IMG/VR virus record: IMGVR_UViG_3300032047_000006
Location: 17,441 to 81,440 of that record
Strand: one strand, 5' to 3'
Origin: a virus
Length of the DNA: 64,000 nucleotides
Notes under the pieces: generated by a model
What the model was told of the DNA's origin: nothing
The model's input: the letters and a program-made list of their open reading frames with translations, nothing else
Database searches by the model: none
Shown: positions 8,777 through 19,000 of the stretch, in pieces
Layout of the letters: every line of letters starts with the position of its first letter
Position numbering within the stretch: the stretch's first letter is position 1
Position numbers and translations under genes: made by a program

Positions 8777-9550
8777 ATGCAACACGTTTCATTTTCTGCT
8801 TTAAAGAATTGGAATCAATGCCCTTATTATTATAAGATAACTTATGTTGATAAGATAAAGAAGTTCGTGGGAAACCACTACACAGCTTTTGGAACAGCCC
8901 TTCACGAGGTTTGTGAAAAGCGCATTGAAGATGATTCAATAACAAACGAACCAGAAATGTTTGAGCTTGCATTCTTAAAAGAGTTGCAATCCCTTCCAGA
9001 AGAAGTTCGCTCAACTTTTAAAGCCAAAGACATTTCGGATATGAGAGAACAAGGTAAACGCCTATCAACAGTTGCTATCCCTGCTCTTCGTGAACACTTC
9101 GGTGAGTTCGAACTTGTCTCAACAGAAGAAGACATCTATGAGTCCATCGAGGGGTTCGAAGATTATAATTTTAAAGGCTTCATTGATTTAGTAATAAAAA
9201 CTCCCGACGGAAAAATCCATATCATTGACTGGAAGACTTGTTCGTGGGGCTGGAATATGCAACGAAAATCAGATCCAATGACAACTTATCAGCTTACATA
9301 TTATAAACATTATTATGCCCGAAAACACGGAGTCGAAATGAAAGACATCGAGACTCATTTTGGACTTCTTAAAAGAACAGCTAAAAACGATGCCGTGGAA
9401 ATTTTTAGAGTCACATCGGGAGCAAAAAAAGTAGATAATGCTATGAAGCTATTAAACAGAGCCCTCTACAATATTCAGAGTGGTAAATTCATAAAAAATA
9501 AATTATCTTGCAGTAAATGCGAATTCAAGAATACAGCAGAGTGTCCATAG
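8777..9550 (+). CDS. PD-(D/E)XK exonuclease, Cas4/RecB-like, probable Fe-S cluster
   Basis: SFS....QCP, FGTALH, E...GFIDLV...IIDWKT, QL..Y, and C-terminal CxxC...CP (1+3 Cys arrangement). Confidence 0.88.
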   Translation: MQHVSFSALKNWNQCPYYYKITYVDKIKKFVGNHYTAFGTALHEVCEKRIEDDSITNEPEMFELAFLKELQSLPEEVRSTFKAKDISDMREQGKRLSTVAIPALREHFGEFELVSTEEDIYESIEGFEDYNFKGFIDLVIKTPDGKIHIIDWKTCSWGWNMQRKSDPMTTYQLTYYKHYYARKHGVEMKDIETHFGLLKRTAKNDAVEIFRVTSGAKKVDNAMKLLNRALYNIQSGKFIKNKLSCSKCEFKNTAECP

Positions 9551-9558
9551 GAGAACAC

Positions 9559-10809
9559 ATGACAAAGAAAATAAAAATATTAACTCTCAGCGATCACCCA
9601 CTCTTTCATACTGGCGTAGCTATTCAGACAAAACTCTTTATAGAGGCAATGCTTAAAACTGACAAGTTTGAGTTTGTTTCACTAGCTGGAGCAGCAAGAC
9701 ATTCAGATATGTCACCAGTTAAGACTGAGCAGTACGGAGACAGTTGGAAAATATTCCCAGTAAATGGGTACGGAGATCCCGAAACGATGAGATCTGTGAT
9801 GCGTACTGAGCGCCCAGACATCGTCTGGCTGATGACAGATCCAAGATACTGGGATTGGTTGTGGGAAATAGAGGATGAGATAAGAGCCCAGGCACCTATG
9901 GTATATTATCACGTATGGGATAATCACCCTGCACCACATTACAATAAAAAATATTATGACTCTAATGATTTAGTTGTATCTATCTCTAAATTAACTGAAG
10001 ATGTGGTAAATGAGGTGGGAACTAAGGCTACTCATATCAGAATACCACATACCATTGATGCAAGTATTTATAAAATATTTCCAGAGAACGAGGTTCAGGA
10101 ATTTAAAAATGAGCACTTCGGAGCGGACTCTAAATTTTTATTCTTTTGGAATAATAGAAACGCACCTCGAAAAAATGTTACATCTCTATTATGGTGGTTT
10201 AAAGAATTTTTAGATGAAGTCGGTAACGAATCTGCTGCCCTTCTGATTCATACAGATCCTGAAGATCCAGCAGGCACAGACTTGGAAGCAAACTTGAATC
10301 AACTGGGCTTGAATGATGGACAAGTAATGTTATCCCCTTTGAAATACCCAGCAGACAGAATGGCAATGCTTTATAATATTGCTGACTGCACAATTAATAT
10401 TTCTGATGCAGAAGGATTTGGACTCTCAACATTGGAATCACTCGCCTGCGGAACTCCAATAATTGTTAATAATACAGGTGGATTGCAAGAACAAGTGTCT
10501 GACGGCACAAATAAATTCGGAGTTGCTATTGAACCAGCCACTAGGACAATAATTGGCTCACACAAGGTTCCATATATTTATCAAGATCGTGTCGCTAAGA
10601 AAGATTTTGTTGCTGCTTTAAAAGAAATGTATAATTTGTCCGAAGAGGATAGAGTCCGCATGGGGCAACTCGGATATAACCACGTTGTCAAAAATTATAA
10701 TAGTGCTACTTTTTCAAAGAAATGGGAAGAAGCTTTAATAAAACTTAATAAAGAATTAGGCTCGTGGAAGAGTCGTAAGCACCAGAACTGGGAGATTGTT
10801 GAACTATGA
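9559..10809 (+). CDS. Glycosyltransferase family 4 (GT-B)
   Basis: NRNAPRK and EGFGLSTLESLACGTPII...TGGLQEQV; AGGAG SD favours ATG 9559 over 9517. Confidence 0.9.
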   Translation: MTKKIKILTLSDHPLFHTGVAIQTKLFIEAMLKTDKFEFVSLAGAARHSDMSPVKTEQYGDSWKIFPVNGYGDPETMRSVMRTERPDIVWLMTDPRYWDWLWEIEDEIRAQAPMVYYHVWDNHPAPHYNKKYYDSNDLVVSISKLTEDVVNEVGTKATHIRIPHTIDASIYKIFPENEVQEFKNEHFGADSKFLFFWNNRNAPRKNVTSLLWWFKEFLDEVGNESAALLIHTDPEDPAGTDLEANLNQLGLNDGQVMLSPLKYPADRMAMLYNIADCTINISDAEGFGLSTLESLACGTPIIVNNTGGLQEQVSDGTNKFGVAIEPATRTIIGSHKVPYIYQDRVAKKDFVAALKEMYNLSEEDRVRMGQLGYNHVVKNYNSATFSKKWEEALIKLNKELGSWKSRKHQNWEIVEL

Positions 10810-11963
10810 GTAGGAAAATTTTAGTAAGAGGACCAGCGTTATCCCGTTCAGGCTACGGAGAGCATTGCCGATCGGTGTTGAGATCTTTACGCTCAAATGA
10901 TATGAACGATATTTATTTATTGAATGTCGGCTGGGGCGCATCTGGGTGGCTATGTGAAGATAGTGAAGAGAGAGCCTGGATAGATGAGATTATAATGAAA
11001 ACTGCAAAGAAAGTTCACTCCGGCGATTTGGATTTTGATGTATCAATGCAGGTGCAACTCCCAACGGAGTGGCAAGAGTTGTGTAAGAAGAATATTGGAG
11101 TCACGGCAGGCGTTGAAACTACGAGAGCACCGCAATCCTGGACATTGGCATGCAAAGGCATGGACGCAGTGATTGTCCCGTCAGAGCATTCTAGGAAGTG
11201 TTTTGAGTTGGAAGAAGGTATAGAGGTAATAAACTTTCCAGCAAGGAACCTCCGCTCAAAAAAGATAAACGTTGAGTTAGATACAGATTTTAATTTTCTT
11301 ACAGTGGCTCAATGGAACCCAAGAAAAAATTTAGAACAATTGGTTACATCTTTTGTAGAGGAATTTCAAAATGAAGAGGTGGGCATGTTAATGAAGCTCT
11401 CTATCAAGGGTGGTTCTCATATTGACAGAGATCATGTTACTAATCAGATGAAGCGACTACTACAAACACTTCCTCAAGATAGAAAATGTAAAATTCACCT
11501 TCTTCACGGAACTTTATCTGACGAGGAAATGGTTTCTCTTTATAAAAATAAAAACATCTCTGCCTATATTACAACTTCTCACGGAGAAGGTTATGGTTTG
11601 CCTGTATTTGAGGCAGCGCAACACGGAGTTCCTGTTATTGCTCCAAACTGGGGAGGAATTAGAGATTTTTCAAATAACTCTATTGTAGAGATTAATTATG
11701 AAGAGAAAAATCTTGAAAAACATCATTCTTGGGAAGGAGTCTTGGAGGAAACTTCAAGTTGGTGTTTCCCAGACACTAATTCCGTCCGATCTCAAATGCG
11801 TGAAGTTTATAACAATTTATCAAAGTATAAAAAGCAAGCAAAAATTCTTCAAGCTCACATAAAAGAAAACTTTACTGAACAACAAATAAATTTGTGCTAT
11901 AATAGTATTGTAGATAAAGTTCTACAGACAACAAAAGAAGGAGAAGCAAATGAAATTAAGTGA
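10806..11963 (+). CDS. Glycosyltransferase family 4 (GT-B)
   Basis: SGYG, QWNPRKN and HGEGYGLPVFEAAQHGVPVIAPNWGG. Confidence 0.9.
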   Translation: MSRKILVRGPALSRSGYGEHCRSVLRSLRSNDMNDIYLLNVGWGASGWLCEDSEERAWIDEIIMKTAKKVHSGDLDFDVSMQVQLPTEWQELCKKNIGVTAGVETTRAPQSWTLACKGMDAVIVPSEHSRKCFELEEGIEVINFPARNLRSKKINVELDTDFNFLTVAQWNPRKNLEQLVTSFVEEFQNEEVGMLMKLSIKGGSHIDRDHVTNQMKRLLQTLPQDRKCKIHLLHGTLSDEEMVSLYKNKNISAYITTSHGEGYGLPVFEAAQHGVPVIAPNWGGIRDFSNNSIVEINYEEKNLEKHHSWEGVLEETSSWCFPDTNSVRSQMREVYNNLSKYKKQAKILQAHIKENFTEQQINLCYNSIVDKVLQTTKEGEANEIK

Positions 11964-12153
11964 TCAGGCATTAGGAGCTATTATGATGGCTCTACAGAAG
12001 AGCCTACTTGAACAAACAGATATTGTTCCTGTTTTAAAGTCTATGGACTTTACCAAGGATGAGGAAACCAAGCGTTGGGGAACCAAAGCAGGCGAACTCA
12101 TTGTAACTAACCCACCTACATTCCAACTAAACCAAGCTGATGGCGATACCTAG
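11950..12153 (+). CDS. Small hypothetical protein
   Basis: 67 aa; AAGGAG SD; an extended -10 TGCTATAAT lies at 11895-11903. Confidence 0.7.
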   Translation: MKLSDQALGAIMMALQKSLLEQTDIVPVLKSMDFTKDEETKRWGTKAGELIVTNPPTFQLNQADGDT

Positions 12154-12407
12154 TGCCCCGCTACCGCTATAGATGCCTTGAGTGTGAGGAATTATCCAAC
12201 ATCACTCATGGAATGTTCGAAGAGCCTGTTGAGTGCCCCCATTGTCATGCTCCCGTAACTGCACTTGTAAAAGTTATTGGAAAAATAAATGTTAAAAAAA
12301 CCACACCAACAAGTTCTTCCGCCGCCTCAAGAGTAAAAGAGTTTATAGAAGATTCAAGAGAGGTGCTTGAACAACAAAAGGCTGAATCGAAGGTTAATCA
12401 TGATTGA
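12153..12407 (+). CDS. FmdB-family zinc-ribbon protein
   Basis: MPRYRYRCLEC...CPHC; GTG start. Confidence 0.85.
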   Translation: MPRYRYRCLECEELSNITHGMFEEPVECPHCHAPVTALVKVIGKINVKKTTPTSSSAASRVKEFIEDSREVLEQQKAESKVNHD

Positions 12408-12696
12408 ATTAATTATAATTTATTTTTTATTTCCTGCTGCGGTTATATCTAGTGCAATTTTGTCCTGGTATATCAAGAAGCTCCTCATGGTTATTGAAGA
12501 GAATTCCGTAGAAATGAAAGAAAGGTTCAGCGCCTTTCATAATTTTTTAGATGAAACATATAAGATGGATCTATTCTACGGAGAGCCCCGCCTTAATGAG
12601 CTTTTGGAGGTTATAAGAGATTTCGACAATTGGGCATCGGACTTTGAGGGAAGGGTAATTACGGAAGAAGAAAATGACAGAACAACAGAAGATTAA
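12400..12696 (+). CDS. Small membrane protein
   Basis: N-terminal hydrophobic helix (IELIIIYFLFPAAVISSAILSWYI). Confidence 0.65.
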   Translation: MIELIIIYFLFPAAVISSAILSWYIKKLLMVIEENSVEMKERFSAFHNFLDETYKMDLFYGEPRLNELLEVIRDFDNWASDFEGRVITEEENDRTTED

Positions 12697-13432
12697 AAGA
12701 AAAAGACGCAAAAGAACAAAACGACTCTATTTTACGCATGTCCACGAGGAGGCAATAGTTCAATATTGTTCCACGGCAGATCGTGAAGAGAGAGAGAAGC
12801 TCTATCGTGGATTAATTCAACCCGCTATGGATGAAATGGTTGATAAAATTGTTTACACTTACAAATTTACAACATTGCCAAATATTGACGAACTGAGGGC
12901 TGAGTGTAAAATATGGCTAACGACAATCTTAGAAAAATTTGATCCATCGAAAGGCTCAAAAGCGTTTTCTTATTTTTCAGTTATTACCAAGAATTGGTTT
13001 ATACACAAGGTAAAAAAGCACTCAACTCAGCGCCAACGGGAAATACAGTATGACTATATCCCTAGAAGTATTGAAGAAAAATATCTATCTACCGAAAATC
13101 CATTTGAAAAAGCTCTAGAACAAAAACAATTCTGGACTGCACTCTGGGCGGAAATTAGCAAGTGGGGTGAAATGCCCATGAAGCCCACCGAAGAAAGGGT
13201 ATATAAGGCAGTGAAGATACTCTTAGAGCAACCCGATGATATTGAAATTTTTAACAAGAAGGCTATTTATCTATACCTGAGGGAGTTGACTGGTTTAAAC
13301 ACGAAACAGGTTGTAAACAACTTAAATAAGCTAAGAGTCAAATATCGCTCCTTTAAGAAAGATTGGAATGAGGGTAAAATAACCCACATCGAGGAGCCTT
13401 CTAATGTCGAAAAAGAAAAACCAGACTCTTGA
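12674..13432 (+). CDS. Phage RNA polymerase sigma factor, T4 gp55-like (region 2 type)
   Basis: LEKFDPSKGSKAFSYFSVITKN is a sigma region 2.2-2.3 motif; basic N-terminus followed by YF; lies directly before the virion genes. Confidence 0.75.
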   Translation: MTEQQKIKRKRRKRTKRLYFTHVHEEAIVQYCSTADREEREKLYRGLIQPAMDEMVDKIVYTYKFTTLPNIDELRAECKIWLTTILEKFDPSKGSKAFSYFSVITKNWFIHKVKKHSTQRQREIQYDYIPRSIEEKYLSTENPFEKALEQKQFWTALWAEISKWGEMPMKPTEERVYKAVKILLEQPDDIEIFNKKAIYLYLRELTGLNTKQVVNNLNKLRVKYRSFKKDWNEGKITHIEEPSNVEKEKPDS

Positions 13433-13721
13433 GGACTTCCTCGGAGAAGCTATAGAAAATATTCGCTCAGACAGAGCAATAACATCCCACCTATTAACAG
13501 AGCTTGTTCAGGAGATGAACAAGCAAAGCTCTATATCCACTATTCAGCAGTGCGGCATGATTGCCTCAAAATATGTGGAAACACTTCAGAGATCAAACGA
13601 ACAACTTGTAAAAATATCTTCTCTTATTCAAAAGAAGGAGGGCAAACAAGATGGGCTCACTTCTGACGAAAAGGAAGAAATATACGATATTTTAAATAGT
13701 TCGAACGAGGAAGAGGAATGA
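13404..13721 (+). CDS. Hypothetical helical protein
   Basis: 105 aa; GAGGAG SD. Confidence 0.7.
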   Translation: MSKKKNQTLEDFLGEAIENIRSDRAITSHLLTELVQEMNKQSSISTIQQCGMIASKYVETLQRSNEQLVKISSLIQKKEGKQDGLTSDEKEEIYDILNSSNEEEE

Positions 13722-15100
13722 AAGTTACCGTAAATGGAGAGGAGCGAAAAGTTTCAAATTCTTACGGTGACTTGAATACTTTAACAAGCCCAGACACTTC
13801 AGATTATTATGAATCTGAGAATATGTCAGGCATCGACGCAATAAAGAAAACAGTAATAAGTCATTACTCGAATAGAAAGATACATTCAGGACCATATAAG
13901 GGCATAGTACTTAGGGTTATGGAGGTATCACAAAAGAGGGGATGGTGGGATCTCTTTGCTGGAGATCCATTGGTTTCGTACAAAATAAGAGTTCCTGAGT
14001 TGGATGCCCACCTGCCGGAACCGCAACAACTTGAACCGGAAGAAAACTCTGTTGATTTTAAAATCATAGATTCACACTCTACTTTTATATCGAGATCTAA
14101 AAACGTATCAGAAATGGAGTCAGCCACTCCAGGTGATTTAGTGTGGGTGGATTATGAAAATGGCGAAGCTATTTATTTGGGTTTAATCGATAACAAATCT
14201 GGCGAAGGCTCCGGCGGTTCCGGTGGTTCCGGCGGCGGCGACTATTCCGGCGGCGGAGATGCAGTAAATTTGCCACCAAGCTCTTATAGCTCAAAGGGTG
14301 CTTTTAATCAAGGCGGCGGCTCATCAAGAGTTCTTAATGAGCAATTAAAGATAGTGAGATACGATAAAAAAGATCCTCCCAAAGTTAACAATTGGACTTC
14401 TAGAAAATACAAGACTCCAAAATACTTAAAAGTAAGAGAAGACATGGCAGCAAAAATGACTCATATATATAATATTTGTCACAAACTCGGAGGACATGCA
14501 GTGTTTTACTCTTCATATCGATGGCCAAATGCAGCAAGAAAATCAGGACCAGCAGCATCTTTTCACTTCACTGCTACTGCAAACGATCTACATACATCCA
14601 CGGTGACAATGAGACAGCCACATAAGGAGGATTTTATCCTTGAAGCAGATAATAGATATAAATATAAGAGATTTATTCTGTGGCTAAAAGTTCCAACCCC
14701 AATGTCAATACAGTACGAGGGGAAAACGTGGACAGCGGAGAGGAGAACTTTGAATGCACTAGTTACAAAGCACCGCACTCCAGTGAAGACAAGAAAAATG
14801 ACAGCAGTGGTGGTAAACTTCACAGAGCTTTTTGAGTATTACGGTGCCCAGGGTGTGCCCCCACAAAAGCGAAAGCAATTTTGGGCAACATCAAAATGTT
14901 ATGAGGACGGCGTTTATAGCGAAGCGTGGCATTACGACTTGAGACATGGATTAGGACTAGTCCCGGGCCAGACAACTTGGGAAGATCATCTTGCGACAGT
15001 GGATTGGAAAGGAAGCTTGGGACATAAAGGTGACATCAGAAAAACAAAAATATGGAAAGCTAGAAAAAGACGATGGCGAGGCGGATACTTCGGATTGTGA
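13718..15100 (+). CDS. Baseplate hub gp5-like protein: OB-fold, Gly/Ser linker and M15-type peptidoglycan peptidase
   Basis: KIRVPEL...PGDLVWVDY (gp5/VgrG OB-like); GSGGSGGSGGG linker; SSYR...SFH....A.D...EAWHYD (M15 motifs). Confidence 0.65.
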   Translation: MKVTVNGEERKVSNSYGDLNTLTSPDTSDYYESENMSGIDAIKKTVISHYSNRKIHSGPYKGIVLRVMEVSQKRGWWDLFAGDPLVSYKIRVPELDAHLPEPQQLEPEENSVDFKIIDSHSTFISRSKNVSEMESATPGDLVWVDYENGEAIYLGLIDNKSGEGSGGSGGSGGGDYSGGGDAVNLPPSSYSSKGAFNQGGGSSRVLNEQLKIVRYDKKDPPKVNNWTSRKYKTPKYLKVREDMAAKMTHIYNICHKLGGHAVFYSSYRWPNAARKSGPAASFHFTATANDLHTSTVTMRQPHKEDFILEADNRYKYKRFILWLKVPTPMSIQYEGKTWTAERRTLNALVTKHRTPVKTRKMTAVVVNFTELFEYYGAQGVPPQKRKQFWATSKCYEDGVYSEAWHYDLRHGLGLVPGQTTWEDHLATVDWKGSLGHKGDIRKTKIWKARKRRWRGGYFGL

Positions 15101-15112
15101 CAGGAATTAAAA

Positions 15113-16015
15113 ATGAAAAAGAAATCAATAGATAAAAATAATTTATCCGTTAGTAAGGCAACAGATCAAGAAGATCGTTTGGCAACACTTCGTGACGGCG
15201 CATTTTGCTCTGAACTGACAGAACCTACTCCTACTTTTGTAAAGGCTGCTTGCGAAGCCATATATTCGGGAAAGAACAATAATTATATTGTAATGGGTAG
15301 AGATCGCCCAGGTAAAAGATCTTCAGGTTATGGAGGTTCTGGGGATACCCAGGCTTCAATGATAGACGTAGTTGTGGGAAGAATGTCTTATATTCCAATG
15401 GACGACGTATATGTGGATCCAGATTTTATTAATGATTCTGCAAGAATATATATCTCTCAAAAAACAGATATTGATGCCAACTTTAATATAACAGAAGGAA
15501 ATGTCGGTAATTCAACGGCAAGATCTGCCATTGGCATGAAGGCAGATTCAGTTCGCATTCTTGCAAGGGAAGGGATAAAACTAGTTACAAGAATGGATGA
15601 GACTAATTCTCAAGGAGCTAATATTTCAGACACGGCATATGGGATCGATTTGATAGCAGGTAACGACGGAGATTCCCTCCAGCCGATTCCGAAGGGTACG
15701 AATCTGGTGGCAGCTTTAAAGAAGTTGACATTACACGTCCACAAGCTGAACGGAATTGTCCAAGGACTTATGACATCCCAAGATAAATTAAATAAGGCTT
15801 TAAAAGATCACTGGCATATGTCTCCTTTCAATGGTAAGAGAACCTCATCATCTCCCTCTGTTAAATTGGTAGCAGCGCAAACTATATTGAGGACACTTAA
15901 TAAATCAACAGTATCTCTTAGGCTACATCGCACCAACCTAGAAAACTTCGAAAAACACTATTTAAGTAGTAGTGGGGCACAGTATATAAACAGCACTTAT
16001 AACAAGGTTAATTAA
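15113..16015 (+). CDS. Probable baseplate central spike protein
   Basis: Beta-strand-rich repeats, a coiled segment and a late HWH (HxH metal-binding) motif; follows the gp5-like gene. Confidence 0.55.
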   Translation: MKKKSIDKNNLSVSKATDQEDRLATLRDGAFCSELTEPTPTFVKAACEAIYSGKNNNYIVMGRDRPGKRSSGYGGSGDTQASMIDVVVGRMSYIPMDDVYVDPDFINDSARIYISQKTDIDANFNITEGNVGNSTARSAIGMKADSVRILAREGIKLVTRMDETNSQGANISDTAYGIDLIAGNDGDSLQPIPKGTNLVAALKKLTLHVHKLNGIVQGLMTSQDKLNKALKDHWHMSPFNGKRTSSSPSVKLVAAQTILRTLNKSTVSLRLHRTNLENFEKHYLSSSGAQYINSTYNKVN

Positions 16016-16019
16016 TTTA

Positions 16020-19000
16020 ATGTCTTTCAAATTTACCCAAGAGCATGCAGCGCTTTCGGATCAGATAGCAATGCAGCAACATTCAGAGAGAACAGGGTAC
16101 GATTATGGAAGCTCTAATTATACATTTCTCAGGAACTATGCTGAATCACAGGCTCAGTTTGAGGACTTTGCTCAAACTGGACGCCCGCTAGGGAAATTAA
16201 TCCCTAGAGTGGGCACAATAACTCTAAATGGACTCCAAGCAGAAATAAGCCAGGCAGACATTGATGCCTATTCCGCTGCCCACCCGCAAAACGTCGTCAC
16301 TGGGCAAACAAGAATAAAATATGTAGAAATGCTTCAGGCAGGAAACTCGCCAACAACTTCAAACTCTAGTCCATCAACCGAGCAAGATGAAACTAAAGGT
16401 GCCGCAATCCGCATCAGGGTTATAGAAATTAATACAGGTAAATTTATAAAAAAGGAAGGTTTCAAAACAAACGAAGAGTATCAGAAGTGGGTTGAAGAAT
16501 CTCCAGTTCAAGCAATATCAGCATCCCAGACTGAAGGTTTTGACTATGACGTAACTTTTCCAATACAGCTCGATCAGGAAGAAGCCACGGCAGAAGGCGC
16601 AGCATCACCACCGGCAACTGTTACTCCCTCTTATCCACCAGAACCGTCAGCGCTAACACATAAGGTTAGCGAGATAAGCACTCATGTTCGAACAGAGCCA
16701 AGTTCAACAGCTTCAATTATAGACTCTCTTCTTCTTGAAACGGAAGTTACGGTATATGACGAAAGTGTCGGAAAAAACGGTGATTGGGCAAAAGTATCAA
16801 GAGTATACAGGGGTTCTAGCGAGATCGGCGTCGGATATATATTATCATCGGAACTTGAAAGAAAAGAAGGAATTATACCAGCCCCGATAAATTCAGAAGA
16901 CGATAAATCATTTAGAAAGTCTGAAATAAGTCAAATTTGGACAAGCAAGTCTGATGGCATCCCCTATTATGACTCTTCCGACGCAAAATACAAAGTGTCT
17001 ATCACTACTGATAAAAAAGATGTAAATGTAGGCATTCAAAAAATATACGAAGAGTTCCTACCAAAGGGTGTAGGCTTGATTCTTGATCAAGAGGGAAAGG
17101 AGAATACTGAAGAAATAATAAATTCTTTAATAAATACAGAGTCTTATGATAATATTGCTAGAGCAGAAGAATTCTTTTTAGAGCCACGCTCATCTTCCTT
17201 TGTTAAGATACTTGTCACTGTCCCACATAAGCATCTAAGCTTGCTTGAGGATAAGGATTTAGATAAAGACAACTTTTATACATATCATGAATATGATCTT
17301 GAAAAGTTCAGAGAAAATATATCAAAAATAATAAAGAAAATAGACAAGGTAGGCACATCCGTAAAAAGATTTAAAGGGGAGGTAAAAGAGTTCGACTCGA
17401 AAGAGGAATCGTTAAGAATGTCGATGTTGTACGACAATTTCCGAAATCTTTTAAAATCAAACGATGTAAAATTTGCTCCTGAGCATAAAGGGGAGATCCT
17501 TGCCATCGGATGGGATAGAACAGATAAGGTTATTTTCGTCTCTCACACAGATCCGGAATCAAACGAAATCATCGCAACAAAGGAATATCTTTCATTAAAT
17601 GCAAAAACCGAGATGAGCAGCAGAAGAACCCAGTTTTTACTACAGAATATGAAAGAACTGGTTTCAGAGGGCATAGGCTTACCTTGGAAAGAGTTCTTAG
17701 AGACTCACGTTGGGTTTGATAAAGTAACAATAGTTCCTAAAGCGGATCCTCCAAAGAATTCCAAATCTTCCGAAGCTGAGGGTCCAACGGCGATGACAAG
17801 GGCACAGTTTTTAGCAGAGGAAAAATTCTATCTCAACAAAGAGAGAAGAATTGAGAAGATAAAAGAAAGAATTAAGCAAAGAGATTTCGTTGGAAGTGTA
17901 TCTAAGCAGGACAACTATAAAAAGCTTAAAAAAGAATTGAACTCGCCCCTAGAAGACATCTATGAAAATGTTTTATCTAGAATAGACTTAAAGAGCCTAC
18001 TGGTATCAGCATTACAGTGCGCCCCAATGCATGGACAGTTAGATATTTTAAATCTTCCAGATTTGATAAAAGACATAGACAAAATAATTGACGAGGCAAA
18101 GAAACTATTTCACGAGCTTCCGACAATGTTTTTTGATGTGGATTTCCCAACAGACGACATTTCCGCCTCGTTTGTCAAGGATCTTAAAAACTTTATAACG
18201 GATATGATCACTGCATTAATAGCATCCCTTGTACAATCAGTATTTTCATCATTGATAGATTTCTGTCCAGACGTCTCTGGTAATGAAGATTCGCCGATGG
18301 ATCCTGAAAGGTTGGACTTGTCAGCCCTCCAGGCTGCACTCGATGACATGCTCGGCGATGGCATCAGAGAAAATATAGATGTAGACTCTATGATGAATTT
18401 CATAGAGGATTTGGCATCGATGTTATCGTTGCAAGAGTATTGTGATTTAGTATCTGGAAATCCGAGTGATAAGGCGCTCGACATCGTAATGAATTTAATA
18501 AGGGTTGAATATTGCCACCTGGGATTAGACACCAAGGCTAAAGTAATAGAATTCTTTAAACTATTGGCAGGAACAGGTAAATTTGATATTTGTGATGAAT
18601 TGAATGAAATCCTTCCACCGCCTAGTAGTTTATCTCCAAACGAAGATCCATGTGAACCCGATAATTTACGAAGAAGAATTTTAATAAACAAAGGTATGTC
18701 AGACGAACAGGTTCAGGAGCAAATTAGGCGAGAACGAGAAAGAACTGCAAAGCTCGCACGCCAGTTAATGGACGCCATGGCAGGACAGCCATTTCAAGCT
18801 CCAAACCTATTTTGTCAAAAAGATGCAGAAGGAAATATTATACCAGGCGCAACCCCCTTCATGGACGAGACATTTTCAGTTATGATGAGGGAGACAGTAG
18901 AATCACTCTTCGGTCCAGTGTATACCACCTTTCAGTCAGACGGACAATCCTATTCGGATAGTCTTATGGAAGAGGTGGATGCCACGAGAATAGTGATTAC

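Noticed and set aside
8340-9014. 224 aa minus-strand ORF
   Set aside because: Antisense shadow over two well-supported plus-strand genes and a promoter; no recognisable motif.
14200-14260. GGCGGTTCC-like short tandem repeats
   Set aside because: They encode a Gly-Ser linker; not a CRISPR, DGR or contingency repeat.
18110-18691. 193 aa minus-strand ORF, and the other short Ser/Ile/Phe-rich antisense ORFs in the track
   Set aside because: Typical reverse-frame shadows of long plus-strand genes.
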